DNA of 64,000 nt, taken from positions 13,621 to 77,620 of the forward strand of contig CAZCHK010000003.1 of the NCBI GenBank assembly GCA_964498605.1, read 5' to 3'. Numbering within the stretch: the stretch's first letter is position 1; each line of letters begins with the position of its first letter. The translations under genes were made by a program, and so were the position numbers. Shown here piece by piece: positions 8,056 through 16,219 of this stretch. The notes below the pieces were generated by a model. The model was given only the letters and a program-made list of their open reading frames with translations, made no database searches and was not told where the DNA came from. Source of the DNA: an uncultured Anaerolineaceae bacterium. Lineage in GTDB: Bacteria; Chloroflexota; Anaerolineae; Anaerolineales; Anaerolineaceae.

Positions 8056-8941
8056 GTCCCGCAAGCGGTTCCTATCCGACCTGATCATGCTGGCGGTGGC
8101 CGTGGTGTGGGGGAGCGGTTTTGTCGCCCAGCGCTACATCGCCGCCAGCGACCTGAGCATATTCTGGATCAACGGGCTGCGCTGCGGATTTGCCGTGCTG
8201 GTCTTGCTACCGTTCGCACGCTTCCGCATCACCATCAAGGGCAGGCAGTGGCTGACAGTCGGCATCACAGGCCTGGCGCTGGCTGCGGCGTCATCCCTGC
8301 AGCAGCTTGGGATCAGCAGCACGACGGCCAGCAGCGCCGGATTCATCACCGGGCTGTATGTCGTGCTCGTGCCTGTGCTGCTGGCCATCTTCTGGCGGCA
8401 GGCCAGCCACTGGATGGCGTGGCTGGCGGCAGGTCTGGCTGTCATCGGCATGGGGCTTTTAAGCTTCACCGGGCACCTGGCGGTCAATTTTGGCGACCTG
8501 CTGGTCCTGGCAGGTTCGTTCATGTGGGCGCTGCACGTTATTTTGATCGGCAGCGGCGTGCGGCAAATGGACCTTTTACAGTTCAGCCTGGGGCAGTTCA
8601 TCGTTTGCGCGGTGTTGAATCTGGCCATCGCGGTGGTGGCCGCTCCCCAGCATGTCTCTCTACTGCCGCAGAATCTTTCCTACATCGCCTATCTCGGGAT
8701 CGCCTGCACGGGGCTGGGTTTCACGCTGCAGGGCCTTGGGCAAAGACACGCTCCCGCGTCTGACGCGGCGGTCATCCTCAGCACGGAAGCCGTATTCGCG
8801 GCCCTTTTCGGTGTTTTGCTGCTGAAGGAAGATCTGTCAGCCTGGCAGTGGATTGGTTGCGGGGTGATATTTTTCGCCATGCTCCTGGCCCAGGCCAACA
8901 CCATTTTCAGGCTGTCAAAAAAAGTCCCCGCTCTCAAATGA
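8048..8941 (+). CDS. EamA/DMT-family transporter
   Basis: Ten hydrophobic helices in two EamA-like halves. Overlaps the mscL stop by 8 nt. Confidence 0.8.
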   Translation: MSESRKRFLSDLIMLAVAVVWGSGFVAQRYIAASDLSIFWINGLRCGFAVLVLLPFARFRITIKGRQWLTVGITGLALAAASSLQQLGISSTTASSAGFITGLYVVLVPVLLAIFWRQASHWMAWLAAGLAVIGMGLLSFTGHLAVNFGDLLVLAGSFMWALHVILIGSGVRQMDLLQFSLGQFIVCAVLNLAIAVVAAPQHVSLLPQNLSYIAYLGIACTGLGFTLQGLGQRHAPASDAAVILSTEAVFAALFGVLLLKEDLSAWQWIGCGVIFFAMLLAQANTIFRLSKKVPALK

Positions 8942-8957
8942 GCGGGGACTTCTGAAC

Positions 8958-9857
8958 CTAACATTGAAAGAACTGTGATGCCCAGGGGAGGGCGAACATC
9001 AGCAGCAGGGCGAACGCCGCGGCGATCTCAAGCGGCTTCTGCAGCGACTCCTGAAGCACCACCCCATCCTTGTGCCGGATGGCCTTGATCAGAGGGGGGA
9101 TTATGAAAACCACCGCCAGGATGACGGTTGTCCAGCACACCCAGCCCGGCAGCAGCCTGACCACGAAAATGGTGATCACGGCGGCCGCCGCCCCGATCCC
9201 CACCACGGTGATCATGATGACCGTGGATACTTTCTTTCCCAGCACCGCTACGGTGTGCCGCAGCCCGGCTTTCAGGTCACCTTCCAGGTCCCTTATTTCA
9301 TTAAAAAGTTCACCATACAGGCTGATGCAGACCACGAACAGGAAGGGGAAAAACCAGCGCGCAAATCCCGCGGCTTGATAATCAAAAGCCAGGAAACCGC
9401 TCAGAAACTGCAGGCCCGACAGCATCATCATGTGGGATATGAAATCCACGAACGCAATGTTCTTGAACCGGACTTTTCTCCACGAGTAGAACACACCCAG
9501 CAGCAGGCAGATAAAACCTACCGCAAATACCTTCCACCCCAGTCCCAGGTAGAGCAGGAACGCCATCCCGAAGACGATCCAGGAGGCAATCCAGCCTGTC
9601 CGCGGCGTGATGTGCCGGGCGGAAACCGGGTTGCGCGTGGCCTTCTTCGGGTTGAGCGCGTCGTCATCCGCATCCTCGACATCGTTGATCATGAACGAGA
9701 AGCCGACCGCCAGGATGTTCGCCAAGAGCACCGCCACGAGCCGCAGCCCCCATGTACCGTTCCCGGCAGCCACACCCAGCAGCGTGGTCACGCTGACAAA
9801 AAAAAGATATTCTTTGAAGCGGGTCAATCGCACCAGTCCGGCCAGTTTTTGTTTCAA
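8958..9857 (-). CDS. UbiA-family prenyltransferase
   Basis: Asp-rich motif FMINDVEDADDDALNPKKATRNPV plus a second motif ELFNEIRDLEGD. Polytopic membrane protein. TTG start with GAGGAG SD. Confidence 0.8.
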   Translation of the reverse strand: MKQKLAGLVRLTRFKEYLFFVSVTTLLGVAAGNGTWGLRLVAVLLANILAVGFSFMINDVEDADDDALNPKKATRNPVSARHITPRTGWIASWIVFGMAFLLYLGLGWKVFAVGFICLLLGVFYSWRKVRFKNIAFVDFISHMMMLSGLQFLSGFLAFDYQAAGFARWFFPFLFVVCISLYGELFNEIRDLEGDLKAGLRHTVAVLGKKVSTVIMITVVGIGAAAAVITIFVVRLLPGWVCWTTVILAVVFIIPPLIKAIRHKDGVVLQESLQKPLEIAAAFALLLMFALPWASQFFQC

Positions 9858-9942
9858 AGTCAGCTCCTCAACTCATGAACATCGCGCGATCTCGATCGCG
9901 CTCGAATTATATCAAACCGTTGCTACATCGAATTCCCATAGA

Positions 9943-10383
9943 TCATGAAAAAAGAGAGGTGCGATCATGAACGATCTTGCGGAGCACGTTCACCCAGGGT
10001 TTGTCATGATCAGGCCCGTACAGGATCAGCATGCTTCTGGGGAACACCTCTCCATATTCTACCGCGAGATTCATCGTCCGATGATTGGACCTGCGGGAAA
10101 TGGATAACGGAAGATATCGATAGGTGTGCTGTTTCAGCGTGTCACAGTGGCGGCAAAAAGCCAGCATAGCACGCAAGCCTCTCAGCTGCCAGGAGCAGCC
10201 TCTGCCTTTCATGCGATGGACCACCAATTTATCCACATTCTCCTCGATCCCGCCAAGACAGGCGGGGATCTCAACACCGCGTTGATCGAGATCGAGCAAA
10301 CCATCCTGGTTGTGGTGAAGGTACTGGTTGAAGTCCGCTTGTCCGGATCCTTTGCGTGACATTACTTGAATTGAGTTCTTCAC
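9943..10383 (-). mobile_element. Transposase C-terminal fragment (ISKra4/ISLre2-like by eye), no terminal repeats identified
   Basis: 146-aa ORF in AT-richer DNA. HRMKGRGCSWQLRGLRAMLAF resembles the R.K.RG..WS..GA.A.L.L motif near the C-terminus of those transposases. Far shorter than a full transposase. Confidence 0.35.
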
Positions 10384-10402
10384 ATAACATTATTTGAATT
10401 GA
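10360..10402. repeat. Direct repeat CATTA(C/T)TTGAATTGA x2 (10360-10374, 10388-10402)
   Basis: Read directly; 14 of 15 identical. A further ATGAAAT x2 lies at 10410-10416 and 10420-10426. Located at the junction between the transposase fragment and the PIN gene 3' end. Confidence 0.6.
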
Positions 10403-10439
10403 TGTCTCGATGAAATTACATGAAATACTTACAGGATGA

Positions 10440-10865
10440 CTACCTGAATTCTAAAATATCCAGAAATGCACGCGGTGTAAGGATGTGGATGCCCGAGGAG
10501 ATTGCCTGGGCTTCTTCAAAGTGGTCGCTATTTCCCGTGACAAGGTAGTCGACTCCTGCCTTAATCGCACATGCCAGATAAGCATTATCGGACGGATCGC
10601 GGGTAAACAAATCCAGCCTCGGTGTCTCCTTCACCTGTTCAGCATCGTGGCTCAACCTGTACAAAAGTCCAGCTGCCTGCTCCCTTGATAAGCGTTTCTG
10701 GATGCGTGGATAGCGTAGGACGCGCCGTAATTCTTCCAGGATCTGCGGAGAAACAAACAATTGAAATCGCCCATCTATCCAGGCGTCCAAGATCTACCCT
10801 GGTGGTCCCAGGCGGGATAGCAGTCCGCTGACCAGCACGTTGGCGTCCAGGACAACCTTGATCAA
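10440..10865 (-). pseudogene. PIN-domain toxin (TIGR00305-like) interrupted by an in-frame TAG at codon 24
   Basis: The minus strand from TTG 10865 reads MIKVVLDANVLVSGLLSRLGPPG-TAG(10796-10794)-ILDAWIDGRFQLFVSPQILEEL...DNAYLACAIKAGVDYLVTGNSDHF. The TTG overlaps the antitoxin stop (TTGA). Confidence 0.75.
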
Positions 10866-11143
10866 ACGCGCTTCTCCCGCACATCCCGAATAGCATCGTT
10901 CACCAGGGATTCAATTTCATCAGCCGAATACTCTTTAAAGCGCTCCCGGATGGAATGCACGATAGCTTTTAATTCATCTCGCCGTTCGTCTTCGGGTACG
11001 ACCGAAGCTGGTTTCACCATCACACCATCTTCTGTTTCGACAAATACTACCAGGTCGCCCCGTTTCAGGTTGAGTTTTTTACGGATCTGGCGGGGGATGG
11101 TAACCTGCCCCTTTTCCTGAATACGTACTCCGATCTCTGACAT
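10862..11143 (-). CDS. AbrB/MazE/SpoVT-family antitoxin
   Basis: VRIQEKGQVTIPRQIRKKLNLKRGDLVVFVETEDGVMVKP is a SpoVT-AbrB swapped-hairpin motif. SD AAGGAGG 5 nt upstream. Confidence 0.8.
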   Translation of the reverse strand: MSEIGVRIQEKGQVTIPRQIRKKLNLKRGDLVVFVETEDGVMVKPASVVPEDERRDELKAIVHSIRERFKEYSADEIESLVNDAIRDVREKRV

Positions 11144-11181
11144 TCATACCTCCTTACTTCCATACAGTCATACTTTCCATC

Positions 11182-11190
11182 ATTGTATCA
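11182..11190 (-). promoter_or_regulatory. Extended -10 box TGATACAAT upstream of the antitoxin gene
   Basis: Read on the minus strand. Followed by direct repeats ATGGAAAGTA / ATGGAAGTA (11180-11171, 11163-11155) and then the SD. Confidence 0.35.
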
Positions 11191-11557
11191 TAAACCTGTT
11201 CTTCCTGATTTGTTATGGAGAAGCGATCAAAAATACGATGCAATTCACAGGCAGCACCTTGAAAAGGTTAAAAGTGATCGGTTTTGCTGCTTAAGGATGC
11301 TGCTTGTAATCTCCTGCCTTCAGATCATCACCGTTAGCTGCCGCAAGTCAGTTCTGCACGTGAAAGGCAATATCCGATAGTGCGAGAGTCATCCAGAGAA
11401 TTCCACCCATGGAGGCACTGTTCATGGAATAATCCTTGTCCCAAACCCGTCACGGATTGGCGCAACATCCCCCACCCTTCTTTCATCCTCTCACACTCAC
11501 CCACCCACAGCAGTTCATCCATTGTCTTCCTGCATCGCTGTTTTTCATCCAGCTAGA

Positions 11558-11818
11558 TCAGTTTTCGGTATCGCAGCTCTCCCACGCAGCCTGAAAGCCA
11601 GTGTGCTTTCTTAAACATGTTCCGCCATCTCCGTGATGCCTTTTCTTCGGCTGTTCTATGATCTGCTCGACCCCATCCCAAGCGCAATGCGGTTGATCTG
11701 TATCGAGAGCTGCTGGGATCCTTTCCAATAATTCACCGCATCGGATGACTTCTTCTAGCTTCTTTGCGCGTTTTACCTCACTAAAAGTTATCCAAATAGG
11801 GAGAAAGTTTTCTGTCAT
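11558..11818 (-). CDS. Orphan hypothetical ORF in AT-rich islet (may be a gene fragment)
   Basis: 86-aa ORF with no recognisable motif. Surrounded by short broken ORFs. Confidence 0.2.
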   Translation of the reverse strand: MTENFLPIWITFSEVKRAKKLEEVIRCGELLERIPAALDTDQPHCAWDGVEQIIEQPKKRHHGDGGTCLRKHTGFQAAWESCDTEN

Positions 11819-11951
11819 CCATGAGTTGCTTTCTGGGTTGGGTGTTCGTCAACTACGGTAATTTTCAGAACTCCCTCTTTTTTCCAGTTGTTCAATTGTT
11901 TTTCTTGATTGTAACAATCAAACCCAGTTGATTTGCTTTTTAACTGGAAAT

Positions 11952-11960
11952 TGCTAGAAT
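11952..11960 (+). promoter_or_regulatory. Extended -10 box TGCTAGAAT
   Basis: 28 nt upstream of the ATG at 11988, with AAGGAG SD at 11976-11981. Confidence 0.35.
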
Positions 11961-11987
11961 TAGGATGTAGAAGTAAAGGAGAAAATT

Positions 11988-12926
11988 ATGGCCAACACGA
12001 TCATTTGTCCCAATTGCAAAACCATCAATCCTGGCGAGAATGTGTTCTGCCAGTCCTGCGGCACAAAACTGGATGCCGCGGCACCGGCTTTCGCGGCATC
12101 CACCCCTCCGCCACCTCCAACCGTGCAGGCGGTGGGAGCCGTGCCGCCCCCCGCGCCAACTCCGCCGGCGTACATGCCGCCGCCTCCCCCGCAGGCGTAT
12201 ATGCCCGTGGCTACTCCCATCAGCAAGATGGGCATCAAGGTGGATGAATACAACGACATCGTCCCCGAATCCGCGGAGGACGCCGCTTTCGCCAAGGAAA
12301 CCTTTGTAGACCTGCTGGCAGAGATTGCCCTGCCGGGAGTGACCGTCTCTGAAGGTTTGTACAAGACCGGCAGCAGACAGCGGCCCTACACGACCATCAA
12401 ACATCCCGCCGCGACCATCCTGGCGGACATCAGCCCGGTCGGTAAGGATCTGCAGGGCAGCTGGATGCTGTACGTAAAGCGCACCTTGAACTGGCTTCCC
12501 CTGGCGATATTGGGCGGCGTCGCACTGCTCCTCCCGCTGGCATGGTCCTTCTGGAATCCAGCCAAACTCATGGGGATGATGGGCGAGTTGTTCGGCGCGG
12601 GAAATTTCTTCAAACCGCAGTTCCTGTTCCCGCTGTATGTTTTCGGCTTCCTGGGGATCATCATCTTGGGGGTGCTGGGATTCATGCTCGTCGGGAAAGT
12701 CATCAAGGACAACCCCTGGTGGCTGTTCGTCAAAGACGTGAACGACATAGACTGGCAGGATATCAACCTGTTCCAGACCGAAGTGCACGAAGCGATGATC
12801 TACGCGCTGGAAGAGCTGGATCTTGAAGAAGAGATCCTGGAGGTCACCAAGGTCACGCAGGAGAAAAAACCTGCCATGAAGGCACCAGCCAAAAGCGCAT
12901 CAAAACCTGCCGCGAAGAAGAAATAA
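11988..12926 (+). CDS. Zinc-ribbon / proline-rich / membrane protein (hypothetical)
   Basis: N-terminal CPNCKTINPGENVFCQSCG zinc ribbon, PPPPP-rich linker, three or four TM helices, and a Lys/Ala-rich tail. Confidence 0.6.
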   Translation: MANTIICPNCKTINPGENVFCQSCGTKLDAAAPAFAASTPPPPPTVQAVGAVPPPAPTPPAYMPPPPPQAYMPVATPISKMGIKVDEYNDIVPESAEDAAFAKETFVDLLAEIALPGVTVSEGLYKTGSRQRPYTTIKHPAATILADISPVGKDLQGSWMLYVKRTLNWLPLAILGGVALLLPLAWSFWNPAKLMGMMGELFGAGNFFKPQFLFPLYVFGFLGIIILGVLGFMLVGKVIKDNPWWLFVKDVNDIDWQDINLFQTEVHEAMIYALEELDLEEEILEVTKVTQEKKPAMKAPAKSASKPAAKKK

Positions 12927-12951
12927 TCACCACAAGCAGGGATACCTACAT

Positions 12952-12973
12952 AAGCTGCCCTTACGGGCAGCTT
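12952..12973 (+). terminator. Hairpin terminator candidate
   Basis: AAGCTGCCC-ttac-GGGCAGCTT followed by TTTAC/ATTTT. Abuts the stop of the convergent HAD gene. Confidence 0.5.
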
Positions 12974-13726
12974 TTACATTTTCAAGCGTTTTAGCACACG
13001 GGGCAGCTGGAGCAGGGAGTAGATCGTCGCGTCCGGCCGGATAACTTTCCGTAAGAACGCATTCTCAGGTGTGTTTGCCCAGCGGGTGACCCATACCGAG
13101 CGGATCCCTGAATTGCGGGCCCCGAGAATGTCCGCGTTAAGGGTGTCCCCAACCATGACTGTCCTGTCCGGAACCGCGTTCATCGCGGAAAGCATTTTGT
13201 AGAATATGCGCGGGTCAGGCTTTCGGATATCCAGGTCGTTCGATATAAGCGCCTGCTCCATGAACTGCGCCAGGCGCGCCTTGCCGATCTGCCGGTACAC
13301 ATTTGCGCTGTCGGCGGCATTGGAAATGAGCCCCATGCGATACCCTTCCACACGCAGTTTGTTGAGGATGAAATGTGTTTCATACGGGAGAATCCACTGC
13401 GCTTCAGATATCGAATAATAAATTTTCAGCAAATTCTGTTTTTGCTGCCTGGTCATCCCGGTAACTTTAAATTTCCGCAGACACCCATCAAGGATGGTGA
13501 TCGTGCCAGGCTCACGCATGTCCGCTTTTCGCGCCTGGTTGTATGCCTGCAGACGCTTGCTGAATTCATTGGCAAAAGCCGCCTCATCAATTTCCGCCCC
13601 CATGGCGATCAGCGCGGCGGCCAGTTTTTTATGCGCGCGAACAGCCGTCGCAGACCAATCACCGGAAAAGTGAATCAGCGTGTTGCCAAGATCAAAGAAA
13701 ATACAATCAAAATTGCGTTCAGGCAT
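12974..13726 (-). CDS. HAD-superfamily hydrolase
   Basis: Motif I FFDLGNTL, motif III region, and motif IV MVGDTLNADILGARNSG. Confidence 0.8.
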   Translation of the reverse strand: MPERNFDCIFFDLGNTLIHFSGDWSATAVRAHKKLAAALIAMGAEIDEAAFANEFSKRLQAYNQARKADMREPGTITILDGCLRKFKVTGMTRQQKQNLLKIYYSISEAQWILPYETHFILNKLRVEGYRMGLISNAADSANVYRQIGKARLAQFMEQALISNDLDIRKPDPRIFYKMLSAMNAVPDRTVMVGDTLNADILGARNSGIRSVWVTRWANTPENAFLRKVIRPDATIYSLLQLPRVLKRLKM

Positions 13727-13775
13727 AAAAATATTGATCCCTAAGGATAAAACACGGGATCGATGAATTGGTTGC

Positions 13776-14546
13776 TTACTGACCGCCCTTCAGGTAAATT
13801 CCCCCCGGGTCCAGCTCTTCGCGCAGGATGCGCAGCTCCTCCTCCCGCGGCGGTTCGGTCTCGCGCATCTTTGGCAGCGCTTTGAGGTCCCAGCCGGTGT
13901 TTTCACGCATCTGCTCCAGGGTTCGCCCGGGGTGAAGCGCGGCTGCCACAAGCTCGCCGCTCTCATCGGGTTCCAGCAAACCCAGATCGGTGACCACGGC
14001 AATGGGGCCTTTTCCTCTCACGCCGGCAGCTTCCCGCTCAGCCCTGCCAGATAAGTATCCGGCCGATGTGCCAAAATCCACCTTTTCCGGAAAGCGTCGC
14101 TTCTGGTGCGGAGTCATGATGTAGCAGCGGTTCGCCCAGGCGGCGATTTCCTGTGAGCCGCCCGAACCAGGCAGGCGGACTTTGGGATGGGCGTATTCGC
14201 CAATCACAGTCGCGTTGATGTTGCCAAATCGATCGATCTGCGCCCCGCCCAGAAAACCCACATCCACATTTCCCCGCTGCAGATAAAACGAAAAGATGTC
14301 GTACATGCTGCAGACCGCGGTGGAGCCGCTGACCAGGGTCGGATCGCCGATCGACAGCGGAAGGCGTGCCGGGCGTGCCCCGATCACACCCGCTTCGTAG
14401 ATCATCTGCAGGTTCGGCGCGTGCGTGCGCATTGCAAGGTTGCAGGCAAGATTGGGGATACCCACACCCACGAACACCCTGTCGCCGTCTCTCAGCAGCC
14501 TTGAGGCGTTGATGCACATCAGTTCAGAACTGGTATAGGTTGCCAT
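13776..14546 (-). CDS. CoA-transferase subunit B (glutaconate/3-oxoacid CoA-transferase family)
   Basis: GGAQIDRFGNINATVIG and GSGGSQEIA motifs. Start set at MATYTSSEL, preceded by AGAGGA; alternative ATGs at 14579 and 14564. Confidence 0.8.
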   Translation of the reverse strand: MATYTSSELMCINASRLLRDGDRVFVGVGIPNLACNLAMRTHAPNLQMIYEAGVIGARPARLPLSIGDPTLVSGSTAVCSMYDIFSFYLQRGNVDVGFLGGAQIDRFGNINATVIGEYAHPKVRLPGSGGSQEIAAWANRCYIMTPHQKRRFPEKVDFGTSAGYLSGRAEREAAGVRGKGPIAVVTDLGLLEPDESGELVAAALHPGRTLEQMRENTGWDLKALPKMRETEPPREEELRILREELDPGGIYLKGGQ

Positions 14547-14565
14547 GTTTCCTCTATCGACCATG

Positions 14566-15468
14566 TTAGTAATCCCCATAATTGACCGGGGCTGCCATGC
14601 GGGATTTAACGCTCAGCCTTTTGTGCGTCTCATCCCCGAGCTTCTTCCAATACTCCGCGCGGTCTTTCAGCCCGTACACCCACTCCTGCATCCAGCTTTC
14701 AGTGGATTGCGCTGTTTCACTGATCTTGTCCCATTCCAGGTAAAACCTGTTGTCGCGGTCATAATACCCCTGGGTGTAGGACGGATGGGCGCAGTACGGC
14801 ACCTCCACCACGGCATCGACGATGAATTCCGGGATCAGCGTCCGATTGGGATCTGACCGGATGACGCTTTCGTCAACGATCTCCTCAGCGGTAACGATGA
14901 CACGCCTGGACGCGAAGGCGGCTTCCTTCTGCTCACCGATAATGCCCCAGATGTGCGCGTTGCCCTGCGCGTCACAGCGCTGCACATGCACGATGGCGAC
15001 ATCGGGATTGAGGGGGGGCACAACCACGACTTCCCTGCCCGAGTAGGGATCCACCACGCGTTTGATGTTGGGATTGTTCTTCTCCAGGTCCACGGCAGCG
15101 GTCTGGTTCATGGGGATGAACGGCATGCCTGTCGCTCCAGCCTGCAGCCGGGAGATCATCCCGTAATGGGAGTACTCCTCCCAGGCCAGTTTGCCTGACT
15201 CCGTGGCTGCGCGGACAATCCGCAGCGAACCCACGCCCGGATTACCCATGTACGAGAAGACGATCTTGGATGCGCATCCAGCAGCCACCATCTGATCGTA
15301 GATCAGATCGGGCGTGGCGCGCGCCAGGGTGAGGTTTTTCCTTCCCTGGCGGATGATCTCATGGCCGGCGGCGAACGGGATCATGTGAGTAAATCCAGCC
15401 GCGTACAGGCAATCGCCATCCCTGACAAATTGCTGGACAGCCTCTTTGAGTGAGCAGGTCTTTTTCAT
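14566..15468 (-). CDS. CoA-transferase subunit A
   Basis: About 300 aa with family I CoA-transferase alpha features (KEAVQQFVRDGD...GFTHMIPFAAGHEI). Start set at MKKTCSL; alternative at 15498. Confidence 0.8.
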   Translation of the reverse strand: MKKTCSLKEAVQQFVRDGDCLYAAGFTHMIPFAAGHEIIRQGRKNLTLARATPDLIYDQMVAAGCASKIVFSYMGNPGVGSLRIVRAATESGKLAWEEYSHYGMISRLQAGATGMPFIPMNQTAAVDLEKNNPNIKRVVDPYSGREVVVVPPLNPDVAIVHVQRCDAQGNAHIWGIIGEQKEAAFASRRVIVTAEEIVDESVIRSDPNRTLIPEFIVDAVVEVPYCAHPSYTQGYYDRDNRFYLEWDKISETAQSTESWMQEWVYGLKDRAEYWKKLGDETHKRLSVKSRMAAPVNYGDY

Positions 15469-15561
15469 GGTGCTTCCTGTGAGAAGAATATGGGTCAATT
15501 ATAACCATCCGCACGCGTCCTGGCATCAGGATGAATGTAAGGCGGCTGGCGGATCAAACGC

Positions 15562-15873
15562 TTAACTACGGTCAAAACTCAGGAAGGAGTGCTCCTCTAC
15601 ACTCGGGTGCAGTGGATCGAGCATAGAATGAAAACGCTCCTGCAGTACTTTCCCGCGTGTTTCGGTCTGCAGGCCTGCAGCGACTTTTTCATACGCTTCC
15701 TTATCCTCATAATACTGGATCTCCATCCAGGAAGCAGGGTGCGTCTCGTCCCGCAGCAGCTCTATCTCAACCCTGGCGTGCTTCTGGTACAGCGCGTCAA
15801 GTTGTTCCTGCAGCGTCAGAAACTCCTCCATCCGCCCGTCCTGCAACGTGTATTTCAGTAACTTGATGTACAT
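15562..15873 (-). CDS. Small hypothetical protein (ABM/ferredoxin-like fold guess)
   Basis: 103 aa starting MYIKLLKYTLQDG, with GGGAGG SD 8 nt upstream. The longer ORF-track start would run into the gatC promoter. Confidence 0.4.
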   Translation of the reverse strand: MYIKLLKYTLQDGRMEEFLTLQEQLDALYQKHARVEIELLRDETHPASWMEIQYYEDKEAYEKVAAGLQTETRGKVLQERFHSMLDPLHPSVEEHSFLSFDRS

Positions 15874-15910
15874 CAGGTGCCTCCCGTCTGATTGTAATCG
15901 ACAAGTCCTG

Positions 15911-15916
15911 TATAAT
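15911..15916 (+). promoter_or_regulatory. -10 hexamer TATAAT exactly 6 nt before the gatC ATG (leaderless-type)
   Basis: Reads tataat-acctgc-ATG(15923). No SD. Confidence 0.4.
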
Positions 15917-15922
15917 ACCTGC

Positions 15923-16219
15923 ATGGCTTTGAGCAAAAAAGAGGTCGAACACATTGCCGCGCTGGCACGCCTGGAATTGAGCGCGCAGGAACTGGATCAA
16001 TTCCGGGTGCAGCTTTCAGCCATCCTGGATCACATGCGGCAGCTTTCCCAGGTTGACACATCTAGTGTCACCCCGAAGGATGCTTCCCTGGATGAGAATC
16101 GCCTGCGTGCCGACGAGGTGAGCCCGCCGCTTCCACTTCCAGAAGTGCTTGGCAACGCCAGGCATACCCGCGACGGACAGTTCCGCGTACCGGGCATTTT
16201 CAAGGATACGGATGCCTGA
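15923..16219 (+). CDS. gatC: Asp/Glu-tRNA amidotransferase subunit C
   Basis: MALSKKEVEHIAALARLELSAQELDQF is a typical GatC N-terminus. 98 aa. Stop overlaps the gatA start (ATGCCTGA). Confidence 0.85.
   Translation: MALSKKEVEHIAALARLELSAQELDQFRVQLSAILDHMRQLSQVDTSSVTPKDASLDENRLRADEVSPPLPLPEVLGNARHTRDGQFRVPGIFKDTDA

Noticed and set aside
10639-10896. 85-aa ORF overlapping the PIN and antitoxin genes in another frame.
   Set aside because: It is out of frame with the recognisable PIN sequence, has no motif, and is explained as a by-product of the interrupted toxin gene.
11183-11522. Short ORFs 11183-11380 (+) and 11334-11522 (-) in the AT-rich islet; also considered as a possible structured ncRNA or retron-like element.
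   Set aside because: There is no SD or promoter in the proper place, no recognisable protein motif, and only trivial short inverted repeats (for example CCATGG...CCATGG-like). I could not support any RNA fold by eye. These are most likely debris of decayed genes.
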